The notes under the pieces are model-generated. The model saw nothing but the letters and a program-made list of their open reading frames with translations, searched no databases and was not told the origin of the DNA. From positions 1,190 to 65,189 of the forward strand of contig CAJUHX010000003.1 in NCBI GenBank assembly GCA_910586455.1: DNA of 64,000 bases, given 5' to 3'. Position 1 is the stretch's first letter; every line of letters begins with the position of its first letter. This stretch comes from an uncultured Muribaculaceae bacterium (lineage in GTDB: Bacteria > Bacteroidota > Bacteroidia > Bacteroidales > Muribaculaceae). The translations under genes and the position numbers were made by a program. Shown here in pieces: positions 37,541-46,617 of the stretch.

Positions 37541-38518
37541 ATGAAAATAGCAAACATTGATCTTGGCGACAAACCGGTGATGCTCGCTCCTATGGAGGAC
37601 GTCACCGACGCTTCGTTCCGGCTCATCTGCAAAGAGATGGGCTGCGACCTGACGTACACCGAGTTCGTGTCGGCCGATGCCCTCATACGCAATATCGCCG
37701 CCACTACCCGCAAGCTCGAGATCAATCCTGCCGAAAGGCCCACGGCCATACAGATTTATGGCCGTGAGCCCGAGGTAATGGCTCAGGCAGCCCGTATAGC
37801 CGCCGAGGCCCGCCCCGACTTCATCGACATCAACTTCGGTTGTCCGGTGAAGAAGGTGGCGGGCAAAGGCGCCGGAGCCGGACTGCTGCGCGATGTGCCG
37901 AAACTGCTCGAAATCACCCGTGCGGTGGTTAATGCCGTCGACCTGCCGGTAACCGTTAAGACTCGCCTTGGCTGGGACCACGACAGCAAAATAATCGACA
38001 CTCTGGCCCTGCAGCTGCAGGACTGCGGCATAAGCGCACTGACCATACACGGACGCACACGGTCGCAGCTGTACAGCGGCGAAGCCGACTGGGAAGCAAT
38101 CGCACGCGTAAAAGCACTGCCCGACCTGGAAATTCCGGTAATAGGCAACGGCGATATCTGCACTCCCGAACAGCTTGTAAAGACCTTTGAATACTCCGGT
38201 GTCGACGGCATAATGGTTGGACGAGCCTCGATAGGTGCGCCATGGATATTCCACGACATGAAGCAGACCATGCTGCACGGTTCATTCACACCGCTGACTC
38301 CGGCTCAGAAACTCGACCTGCTGCGACGCCAGATACGCGAGAGCATCGAACGCATCGACGGCTACCGCGGCATTCTGCACATACGCCGCCATCTGGCGGC
38401 CTCGCCCCTGTTCAAGGGCATACCGGACTTCCGGCCCACACGCATTGCCATGCTGCAGGCCGACAACATCGACAATCTTTTCAATATTCTCAACCAAATA
38501 CAACAAACCCACTTATGA
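37541..38518 (+). CDS. dusB: tRNA-dihydrouridine synthase B
   Basis: LAPMEDVTD, DINFGCP, HGRT and GNGDI motifs. Confidence 0.95.
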   Translation: MKIANIDLGDKPVMLAPMEDVTDASFRLICKEMGCDLTYTEFVSADALIRNIAATTRKLEINPAERPTAIQIYGREPEVMAQAARIAAEARPDFIDINFGCPVKKVAGKGAGAGLLRDVPKLLEITRAVVNAVDLPVTVKTRLGWDHDSKIIDTLALQLQDCGISALTIHGRTRSQLYSGEADWEAIARVKALPDLEIPVIGNGDICTPEQLVKTFEYSGVDGIMVGRASIGAPWIFHDMKQTMLHGSFTPLTPAQKLDLLRRQIRESIERIDGYRGILHIRRHLAASPLFKGIPDFRPTRIAMLQADNIDNLFNILNQIQQTHL

Positions 38519-39321
38519 AAATTTTCAGCGTTATCCTGTCGATGCTCATGCTGGCATCATGCACATTGTCGGCCAAAAACCAGTACCCGGCCGAATACCT
38601 CGAGAAAACCACCTGGCACGAGGTTCATGTCGATAACTGGACCGGCATTATTGTACAAGGCTCATACACCGTAGAAGTGAAAATTATGCCCGACTCCGCA
38701 GGAATTCTGCGGGTACTTGCCAACGACGCCATGATGCGCGACCTCGACGCACGCACCGACGGAGCCACACTCAAAATAGGCATGCACCAACAAAAAAAGA
38801 ATTGCATGCGCAAAGTCGCTCCGCTGATTATCGCCTACAGCAACGGAAACCTTTCGCAAGCAACGTTACAAGGCAGCGGCGATATCCTGCTGCCATCGCT
38901 CAAGACCAACACTCAACTGAACTTGTTGCTTCAGGGCAGCGGCGACATCGAGCTGACAGGCGCATCAGTAGGCGAACTGGATGCTTTACTGCAGGGCAGC
39001 GGCGACATCGATATTGAAAAAACAACCGTAAAAGGCAATGTAAACCTGTCGCTGCAGGGCAGTGGCGATATCAATGTCCGGAAACTCAAGGCTACAACCG
39101 TCAACGGTTCTGTCAAAGGCTCGGGCGACATTGACCTCCACGGTTCCACAAAAATGCTAAATCTGGTATTGCAGGGCAGCGGCGACATCGACGCAGCCAA
39201 CATGAAGGCAGATGAAATCAAGGCAAACGCTATTGGCTCCGGCGGCATCACCATAGGCCACGCCACTAAAGTGGATGTAAAAGGCAAGAATATACGCCAG
39301 TCAAAGAAAATCAAACACTAA
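38515..39321 (+). CDS. DUF2807 / GIN domain protein
   Basis: Six (L/V)xGSGDI beta-helix repeats; signal peptide. Confidence 0.85.
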   Translation: MKIFSVILSMLMLASCTLSAKNQYPAEYLEKTTWHEVHVDNWTGIIVQGSYTVEVKIMPDSAGILRVLANDAMMRDLDARTDGATLKIGMHQQKKNCMRKVAPLIIAYSNGNLSQATLQGSGDILLPSLKTNTQLNLLLQGSGDIELTGASVGELDALLQGSGDIDIEKTTVKGNVNLSLQGSGDINVRKLKATTVNGSVKGSGDIDLHGSTKMLNLVLQGSGDIDAANMKADEIKANAIGSGGITIGHATKVDVKGKNIRQSKKIKH

Positions 39322-39329
39322 GGTACTAA

Positions 39330-40034
39330 ATGAAGAAACTGATCATTGCATTTCTGATGCTTGCGGGCACCGTATTCGCGCTCAAGGCTCAGGGCCAGGT
39401 AAAGAAATTCGCGCTCAACGTACACGACTTTACCGAACTTAAAGTTATCAACGCCATCAACGTGGAGTATTATGCGTCGGCTGACTCGGCCGGCACCGTG
39501 TGTTTCGAGTGTCCAAAAGACCTGGCGTCGCATCTTATGTTCACCAACAAAAACAATGCGCTCCACATTCAGGTCGACTTTGAGAACATTCCATCGCATG
39601 AACTGCCTCTGCTGCGTGTGTACTCCACCAATCTGCAGAAAGTAGAGAACTCGGGCGACTCCACCGTGACAGTATGCCGTCTGGCGCCCATCAATACCTT
39701 CAACGCACGCCTCATAGGCAACGGCACGCTGCGGGTAAACAATGTCGACGCCGACAACGTCAACGCCTCAATCAGCACCGGCTCGGGCCACCTGCTGATA
39801 AACGGCAAGTCTTCCAAAGCCAAACTGTCGAACGTCGGCACCGGCCCTCTTGAAGCCAATGCCCTGACATGCAAGACTGTCAAATGTATACTCGTAGGCA
39901 CCGGGCCCATCGACTGCCACGCCACCGAACAGCTCAGTATCTTCGGCGCCGGCTCGGGCACGGTATATTACAGTGGAAAACCCAAAAAGATTTCGAACCG
40001 CACCATAGGTGTAAAGTCAAACCCTGTTGAATAA
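39330..40034 (+). CDS. DUF2807 / GIN domain protein
   Basis: SGDS, GNGT, GSGH, GTGP and GSGTVYYSGKP repeats. Confidence 0.8.
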   Translation: MKKLIIAFLMLAGTVFALKAQGQVKKFALNVHDFTELKVINAINVEYYASADSAGTVCFECPKDLASHLMFTNKNNALHIQVDFENIPSHELPLLRVYSTNLQKVENSGDSTVTVCRLAPINTFNARLIGNGTLRVNNVDADNVNASISTGSGHLLINGKSSKAKLSNVGTGPLEANALTCKTVKCILVGTGPIDCHATEQLSIFGAGSGTVYYSGKPKKISNRTIGVKSNPVE

Positions 40035-41502
40035 CCTTAAGAACAAGACCGCCAAAACTCTGAAATGGACACTCATCGACAGAGTGCTTCAGCAGTTGCT
40101 CTATGCCGTCACCGGCATTGTGCTGGCCCGCATGCTCTCACAGACCGATTTCGGTCTGGTGGGAGCTGTGCTTGTTTTTCAGGCTTTCGCCTCGCTGCTT
40201 ATCGACAGCGGCTTCAGTTTTGCCCTGATACAGCGCAAGGAACCAACCCAGACCGATTACAGCACCGTGCTGTGGTTCAATCTCGGAGCGGCGGCTGTGC
40301 TGTACACCATCCTTTGGTTTGCAGCCCCGCTGATTGCACTATGCTTCCAGAACGACCTGAGGCTGATTCCGCTGTCGCGCGTAATGTTTCTATCCATAAT
40401 CCTCAACGCATCGGCCATTGTGCAGACCAACCGGCTGATGAAGCAGATGAATGTCCGGCCCGTAACGGTATCGAACGCTGCCGGTCTGGCTGCGGGAGCC
40501 ATAGTCGGCATCTGGCTGGCCGTAAGCGGCTTCGGAGCGTGGGCGATAGTGTGGCAGACACTTGTAGCGGCGGCTGTGAAGTCGGCTATACTGTGGCTCG
40601 GATGCAGCTGGCGTCCGAGCCCGGTGTTCTCGTGGTCAGCTCTGCGCTCGTTTTTCGGCATAGGAGGCCGCATGATGTTCACCTCGTTTCTGAACACCCT
40701 GTTTCTTAACCTGTATTCCTTATTTATAGGCGCCTTTGTAGGCCTGCGCTCGCTTGGTTTCTACACCCAGAGCGACAAGTGGAGCAAAATGGGCATAATG
40801 TCGATATCACAGACTCTTACCTCGAGTTTCCTGCCCCCGCTCTCCGCCGTGCAGGACGACCGCGACCGCTTCCGCCGCATGACCTCGAAGATGAACCGCT
40901 TTACGGCCTACATACTGTTTCCGGCCATGCTGGGCTTGATGGCCATGGCCACACCGGTGTTCCACCTGCTTTTCGGCACCAAGTGGGACCCCTCGATTCT
41001 ACTGTTTCAGCTTTTGCTGCTGCGCGGAGTGTTTACTGTGCTGAATGCTCTGTACAATAACTACCTGCTTGCGTTAGGACACGCACGCAGCATTATGTGG
41101 CTTGAGGTTCTGCGCGACTCGGTTGCGGTAGTGGCTCTGGCCATAACCTTCCCTTACATGGGCCTTGCCACAGCTGACGACCCTGTATACGGCCTTGCCA
41201 TACTGCTGTGGGGGCAGCTTGCCTCATCGGCCATAACCTATGTGGCCACTCTGATTGTGGTGTGCCGCCATGTGGAAATACGCCCCTGGAACTATCTGCT
41301 CGATCTGGCACCCTACGCAGCCCTTACGCTGGCCATTATACCGCTTATGCTGTGGATAGGCTCGCTTACCCCCTCGCCTCTACTGCAACTGTTGGCCGAA
41401 GCTGTGGTAGCACTTGCGCTCTATCTCGGCATCAACCGCCTGCTGGGCTCGCGGATTCAGACCGATGTGTTTGCTTTCGCCCGAGGCAAGGCTTCGTTCT
41501 AA
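40027..41502 (+). CDS. Polysaccharide flippase (Wzx/WzxC-like)
   Basis: LARMLSQTDFGL, DSGFSFALIQRK and LFGTKW motifs; many TM helices. Confidence 0.88.
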   Translation: MNNLKNKTAKTLKWTLIDRVLQQLLYAVTGIVLARMLSQTDFGLVGAVLVFQAFASLLIDSGFSFALIQRKEPTQTDYSTVLWFNLGAAAVLYTILWFAAPLIALCFQNDLRLIPLSRVMFLSIILNASAIVQTNRLMKQMNVRPVTVSNAAGLAAGAIVGIWLAVSGFGAWAIVWQTLVAAAVKSAILWLGCSWRPSPVFSWSALRSFFGIGGRMMFTSFLNTLFLNLYSLFIGAFVGLRSLGFYTQSDKWSKMGIMSISQTLTSSFLPPLSAVQDDRDRFRRMTSKMNRFTAYILFPAMLGLMAMATPVFHLLFGTKWDPSILLFQLLLLRGVFTVLNALYNNYLLALGHARSIMWLEVLRDSVAVVALAITFPYMGLATADDPVYGLAILLWGQLASSAITYVATLIVVCRHVEIRPWNYLLDLAPYAALTLAIIPLMLWIGSLTPSPLLQLLAEAVVALALYLGINRLLGSRIQTDVFAFARGKASF

Positions 41503-41510
41503 GAGGCTGT

Positions 41511-42518
41511 TTAAATCTCAATTACATCATCAGCGACAAAAGCCCTTGGCGACGGCTTGCCCAGCAAGTCGGGCAAACGCATGGGCGATATGCCGCTGCC
41601 CGGACGCTTTACAGTAAGATTCTGTTCGCTGAATAGTTCGCCTACCGCAATGTCGCGCGCCGCAACTATGCTTTTGCGGGCTACCGCACGGTTGGCACGC
41701 TCCGAATCGGTGATGTGCTTGCAACCGTCGCCCAGCGCCTGCTCTATGTTACGCACAGCGCTCACAAGGGCCGACAGCTCGGCGGGCTCGAGCGAAGCCA
41801 CATGGTCGGGGCCTGGCAAAGTCTTGTCGAGAGTAAAATGCTTTTCAATCACATCTGCCCCCATGGCCGCAGCGGCAATCGCCACCTCAATACCTTGTGT
41901 GTGGTCGCTGTAGCCTACGCGGGTGCCGAATGTACGCCGCAGGGTTTCCATGGCCCGCAAGTTCACGTCGGACATAGGTGTGGGATATTCGGTGTTGCAG
42001 TGCAGCAAGGTTATGTTGCTGATGTCAAGACCGCCGGCGCACAATACCCCTACGGCATCTTCCACCTCCTGCAGCGTGCTCATACCCGTCGACATTATCA
42101 CCGGCTTGCCTAAGGCAGCTATCCTCTGCAGGTAAGGCAGATTGGTAATCTCACCAGAAGGCAGTTTCCAGTAATCCATCGGCAAAGTAGCCAGAAAGTC
42201 GATACTCGGCAAATCGAAAGGAGTCGACAGAAAGCGCGGTCCACGACTACTGCAGTACTCGCTGAGGCTTCGGAAACTGTCGTAGCCAAGCTCAAGTTTC
42301 TTGAGCATGCCGAACTGGCTGTCGTCGCTGTCCGGACCGAGATTGCGCCGCTGATAGTCGGCCTTACGTGCCGAACGGTTTACAATGCACTCGGTTTTGA
42401 AGGTCTGGAACTTTATATAATCCACGCCGGCCGCACGGGCCACATCCACCATCCGGCGAGCCATTTCGACCGACCCGTTATGGTTCACGCCGGCCTCGGC
42501 TATGATTGTTACTGCCAT
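41511..42518 (-). CDS. neuB: Nonulosonic acid (N-acetylneuraminate/legionaminate) synthase
   Basis: IIAEAGVNHNG, KFQTF, GYSDHT and EKHFTLD motifs; C-terminal SAF domain KRPGSGI. Confidence 0.93.
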   Translation of the reverse strand: MAVTIIAEAGVNHNGSVEMARRMVDVARAAGVDYIKFQTFKTECIVNRSARKADYQRRNLGPDSDDSQFGMLKKLELGYDSFRSLSEYCSSRGPRFLSTPFDLPSIDFLATLPMDYWKLPSGEITNLPYLQRIAALGKPVIMSTGMSTLQEVEDAVGVLCAGGLDISNITLLHCNTEYPTPMSDVNLRAMETLRRTFGTRVGYSDHTQGIEVAIAAAAMGADVIEKHFTLDKTLPGPDHVASLEPAELSALVSAVRNIEQALGDGCKHITDSERANRAVARKSIVAARDIAVGELFSEQNLTVKRPGSGISPMRLPDLLGKPSPRAFVADDVIEI

Positions 42519-42519
42519 A

Positions 42520-43128
42520 TCAGATTACTCCAAAATATTTACCTGCTTTTTCTATCGGATGCAGCACCAGCGAACCGGCGCCAATCACTGTATCGTCGGG
42601 TATGCTCACACCATGGGCCAGTACAGCGCCGCTGCCTATGAAACAGCGGGCACCTATACGGCAGCCGCCGTTGACGGTCGCACGGGTGGACACGTGGGTG
42701 AAATCCCCAACCTCGCAGTCGTGCTCCACTATGGCCCCCGAATTGATTATGCAATGACGCCCTACCCGTGCTCCTGCGTTGACAAGGGCATGGTGCAGAA
42801 CTGCTGTACCATCGGCCACGGCGGCATGTACCGACACGTGTGCCGTGGCTGCCACTACCGTGACCGCACGCCCGCCGGCTGCTTCTAACGCAGCGGCAAG
42901 AGCCACCCGTCGCGACGGGTCGGAGATACTGCCGAGAGTAACTACAAAATTATATCCGGCAGCTGCAAGTGATGCAATATCATCATCGCATCCCACCACC
43001 GGATAAGACAAAGTGTCGGACTGCACACCGGGGCGCTCTATCACGCCCGCAATACGCAGTCCGACGCTCTCTGCAGCGTCGGCCACCGACCGGCAGTGGC
43101 CTCCGCCTCCTATGAGGATTATATCCAT
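42520..43128 (-). CDS. neuD: NeuD/PglD-family acetyltransferase
   Basis: IGGGGHC motif; hexapeptide repeats; IVEHDC. Confidence 0.85.
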   Translation of the reverse strand: MDIILIGGGGHCRSVADAAESVGLRIAGVIERPGVQSDTLSYPVVGCDDDIASLAAAGYNFVVTLGSISDPSRRVALAAALEAAGGRAVTVVAATAHVSVHAAVADGTAVLHHALVNAGARVGRHCIINSGAIVEHDCEVGDFTHVSTRATVNGGCRIGARCFIGSGAVLAHGVSIPDDTVIGAGSLVLHPIEKAGKYFGVI

Positions 43129-43131
43129 TAT

Positions 43132-43836
43132 TTATTTCAGTGTTCCGGCCTCGGCCTGCTTAATCATCTCAGGCGAAGCGTAGATGTAGATTTCCACACG
43201 TCGGTTCTGGGCACGTCCCGCAGCGGTATCGTTGCTGGCCACATAGTCGGCCATAGGAATACCCTGGCTGGTCATACGGGTTGCGGCAACGCCCTGGTTA
43301 GCGAGGTAGCTGAGTACTGCCGCAGCACGGTCGTTGGAAAGTTTTTCATTAACAGCCAGCGAACCGGTGTTGTCGGTAAAACCGAGGATACGCACATCGG
43401 TACCGGAGTTCTGCTTGAGGTTGGCGGCAAAGCGGCTCAGGTCGGCCTTAGCCTGCTCGTTGAGTGTATATTTTCCGGTGGGGAAAAGGATGCCTCCGTC
43501 GAATGTAACCTTGATGGCCTGCAGACCGTTGTCATCGGTGGTCTGTTCTACCTTGGCCTGCTCGGCGAGCTGTTTTTCGAGTTCCTTCTGCTGCTTGTCC
43601 ATCTTGTTGCCGATAAGCGCACCTGCGCCGGCACCTACTGCCGCGCCGATAGCCGCGCCGATACCGGCTCCTTTGCCGCCGCCGATAAGCGCACCTACGC
43701 CGGCACCTACACCGGCGCCGCCACCACCGCCAATCAGGGCACCCTTACCGGTGTTTGTAAATGAGCTACACGAAGTTTCGGCTATCATAAGGCTGCCTGC
43801 AATGAGGGCCAGACATGCGATCTTGAAAATTTTCAT
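43132..43836 (-). CDS. OmpA family lipoprotein with glycine zipper
   Basis: GAGVGALIG zipper; GFTDNTG and NRRVEI motifs. Confidence 0.93.
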   Translation of the reverse strand: MKIFKIACLALIAGSLMIAETSCSSFTNTGKGALIGGGGGAGVGAGVGALIGGGKGAGIGAAIGAAVGAGAGALIGNKMDKQQKELEKQLAEQAKVEQTTDDNGLQAIKVTFDGGILFPTGKYTLNEQAKADLSRFAANLKQNSGTDVRILGFTDNTGSLAVNEKLSNDRAAAVLSYLANQGVAATRMTSQGIPMADYVASNDTAAGRAQNRRVEIYIYASPEMIKQAEAGTLK

Positions 43837-43981
43837 ATGAGTTTTATGTTTAATTATGACTATATTAACCGGTATTTAACCGTTTGGTGTTTTACAAAAT
43901 TACAAAAAACTTGCCGTATTAGTTTGTTCTGATAACATTTTTTTGGTAAATTTGTATTCAAATACTATACCATAAATAAGT

Positions 43982-44911
43982 ATGTGCTCTGCGAAATCTA
44001 CTACCTGCAATCGTAAAAACCTTATTCTAAGCCATTTGGGTGCAATCCTTACAGTTTCAATCTGGGGTGCGTCGTTTGTTTCAACCAAAGTGCTGCTGGA
44101 GAACCACCTCAGCCCTTCGGAAATTTATATCCTTCGATTCCTGATGGCGTACCTGCTGATTCTGATTGTATGCCATAAAAAACTTTGGGCGCACTCATTG
44201 CGCGACGAACTGCTGTTCGCCTCTTGTGGTCTTTGCGCAGGTTCGATTTACTTCCTTGCCGAAAACACAGCTCTCGAATATACCCTCACCACAAATGTGG
44301 CCCTGCTTACCGCCACATCGCCGCTGTTTACAGCTATGCTGGCCGGCTTGATATACAAATCGGAACGGCCCGGTCAAGGCGCTGTCATAGGCTCGCTGGT
44401 GGCCTTCTTAGGCGTCGGATGTGTGATTTTCAACAGTAGTACCAACCTGGAAATACGGCCTTTGGGCGACATTCTGTCGCTGCTTGCCGCTGTCAGCTGG
44501 AGTGTATATTCGCTGGTACTACGGCGCCTTAACGCCAACTACGACATCTGGTTCATAACCCGCAAGACTTTCTTCTACGGTGTTCTTACAGCGCTGCCTT
44601 TCGCGGCCATGCAGCCCGGCAGCGACAACTTAATCGCCACCCTGCAGAAGCCCGAGGTAATAGGCAACCTGCTGTTCCTCGGTGTTGGCGCTTCCATGGT
44701 AGCCTACGTGATTTGGGCCCGCACCGTCGACTGGATGGGTGCCGTAAAAGCCAACAACTATATGTACCTGCAGCCTATAATCACCATGATTATCTCGGCC
44801 ATAGTGATTAACGAACATGTAACACTGATTGGCTATATCGGCATAGCCCTGATTCTCGGCGGCCTGTGGCTGGGCGACGAACTCACCCGCCGCGCGGCTA
44901 TGAAAAAATGA
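43982..44911 (+). CDS. DMT/EamA transporter
   Basis: IWGASFVSTK motif; two EamA repeats. Confidence 0.9.
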   Translation: MCSAKSTTCNRKNLILSHLGAILTVSIWGASFVSTKVLLENHLSPSEIYILRFLMAYLLILIVCHKKLWAHSLRDELLFASCGLCAGSIYFLAENTALEYTLTTNVALLTATSPLFTAMLAGLIYKSERPGQGAVIGSLVAFLGVGCVIFNSSTNLEIRPLGDILSLLAAVSWSVYSLVLRRLNANYDIWFITRKTFFYGVLTALPFAAMQPGSDNLIATLQKPEVIGNLLFLGVGASMVAYVIWARTVDWMGAVKANNYMYLQPIITMIISAIVINEHVTLIGYIGIALILGGLWLGDELTRRAAMKK

Positions 44912-44930
44912 GTATCCGAACATACGAAAC

Positions 44931-44965
44931 ATAAAAAAATCCGGGCGATGCCCGGATTTTTTTAT
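44931..44965. terminator. Bidirectional terminator
   Basis: ATAAAAAAATCCGGGC-gat-GCCCGGATTTTTTTAT between convergent genes. Confidence 0.9.
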
Positions 44966-45474
44966 TACATCATGTTTGCCAGAGCCGCCACTGCGGGGTC
45001 GCTGCTATTGCGATACGGCTCAAGGTCTATCTCCGGAGCATCGGCCCCAATCGCCCGCAGGTTGGCCAGCAGTCGCAGCCCCGTGTAAGTCAGCCATCCG
45101 CTGTAGTTTTCGCCCAGAGCCTTGCTCACAAGCGGCGAGGCAAATGGCAGTTTGCGCAGCAGCCGGTGGCACAGTATATCGGCCTCCTCGGCACAGAGCA
45201 CATCCGACATCCACTGCAGGGCTTTCTCCTCGGTCATGGCTACCGCCGGATGTATCATCGGCGCCATAAGGCGGCTGCAGCGGGTGCTTGAATTGGCATG
45301 CAGGGCATCGGACAGTTCCACACTGTGGGGTGTCACGGCGGCTATCTCCACCAACTGCGGCAGATTAAGACCAAATATTATGTGATATGGCGAACCGGCA
45401 CGGCGCAGTGTATCGGCTATGATGCCGTTACGCATGGCAAAGAAGTGCCGCTTCACTATCTGCATTTCGTTCAT
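44965..45474 (-). CDS. DNA alkylation repair (AlkD-like) family protein
   Basis: MRNGIIADTLR..G..Y..IFGLNLPQL motif; overlaps the galE stop. Confidence 0.65.
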   Translation of the reverse strand: MNEMQIVKRHFFAMRNGIIADTLRRAGSPYHIIFGLNLPQLVEIAAVTPHSVELSDALHANSSTRCSRLMAPMIHPAVAMTEEKALQWMSDVLCAEEADILCHRLLRKLPFASPLVSKALGENYSGWLTYTGLRLLANLRAIGADAPEIDLEPYRNSSDPAVAALANMM

Positions 45475-46505
45475 GACTTTTTCTCGGCGAGGTGCTGCTG
45501 CCACTTCCATGCCGATACCATGGTATCGGCAAGCGGGGTATCCGCTACCCAGCCAAGCACTTCGTTGGCTTTCTTGGGGTTGGCCCACACCTTTTCGATA
45601 TCGCCTTCGCGACGGCCTACAATCTTGTGGGGTACTTTCACACCGGTAGCCGACTCGAAAGTGTCGATGAGTTCGAGTACCGACACACCGTTGCCTGTAC
45701 CGAGATTGAAAATTTCGATACAGTCGAGGCTCTTGCCCTCAATCATGCGCTTCACGGCTATTACGTGTGCCTTGGCGAGGTCTACTACGTTGATGAAGTC
45801 GCGGATGCAGCTGCCGTCGGGGGTGTCGTAATCGTTGCCGAACACGCTCAGTTCCTTGCGTATGCCTATGGCGGTCTGGGTCAGATAGGGTATCAGGTTC
45901 TGAGGTACGCCCAGTGGCAGCTCACCGATAAGTGCCGACGGATGCGCGCCCACCGGATTGAAGTAGCGCAGAATGATGGCGTTGAAGTTGGCGCCTGAAC
46001 GGATGGTGTCGGTAATGATTTCCTCGCTTATCTGCTTGGTGTTGCCGTAAGGCGAGGTTGCGGGCTTGATGGGCGATTCCTCAGTTACGGGATTTACATC
46101 GGGCTCGCCGTAAACGGTACAGCTCGACGAGAATACGAAACCTTTGACATTGTATTTTTCCACCATCTCAAGCAGATTCATCAGTGAGTTGAGGTTGTTG
46201 CGGTAGTAAAGCAGTGGTTTCTGTACCGACTCACCCACGGCCTTGGACGCGGCAAAGTTGATAATGCCCTCTATGCCGGGATAGGCCTGAAAGATGCAGT
46301 CGAGTGTCGACAGGTCGTTTACATCGCCTTCGATAAAGGCCGGACGCACACCGGTGATGGCTTCGATTCCGTCGAGTACTTCGCGGTTAGAGTTCGAAAG
46401 GTTGTCGATGATTACGACATCGAAACCGGCGTTGATAAGTTCTACTGTAGTATGGCTGCCGATATAGCCGGTGCCACCTGTAACAAGAATACGAGTTTTT
46501 GACAT
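45471..46505 (-). CDS. galE: UDP-glucose 4-epimerase
   Basis: TGGTGYIGSH, KAVGES, YGNTK and LRYFNP motifs. Confidence 0.96.
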   Translation of the reverse strand: MSKTRILVTGGTGYIGSHTTVELINAGFDVVIIDNLSNSNREVLDGIEAITGVRPAFIEGDVNDLSTLDCIFQAYPGIEGIINFAASKAVGESVQKPLLYYRNNLNSLMNLLEMVEKYNVKGFVFSSSCTVYGEPDVNPVTEESPIKPATSPYGNTKQISEEIITDTIRSGANFNAIILRYFNPVGAHPSALIGELPLGVPQNLIPYLTQTAIGIRKELSVFGNDYDTPDGSCIRDFINVVDLAKAHVIAVKRMIEGKSLDCIEIFNLGTGNGVSVLELIDTFESATGVKVPHKIVGRREGDIEKVWANPKKANEVLGWVADTPLADTMVSAWKWQQHLAEKKS

Positions 46506-46617
46506 AGTTGATTGCGATTTTTTTGCAAAGTTAGCGATTTTTACTTTACAGACAGGCATATCCATAAGTAAATTATAGGCACAAAACAACCAAATACAGG
46601 TAATTTTGTACCTGCAC

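Noticed and set aside
38866..39192. Periodic CAGGGCAGCGGCGACATC repeats resembling a CRISPR array
   Set aside because: In-frame LQGSGDI beta-helix repeats of a DUF2807 protein with synonymous variation; no cas genes
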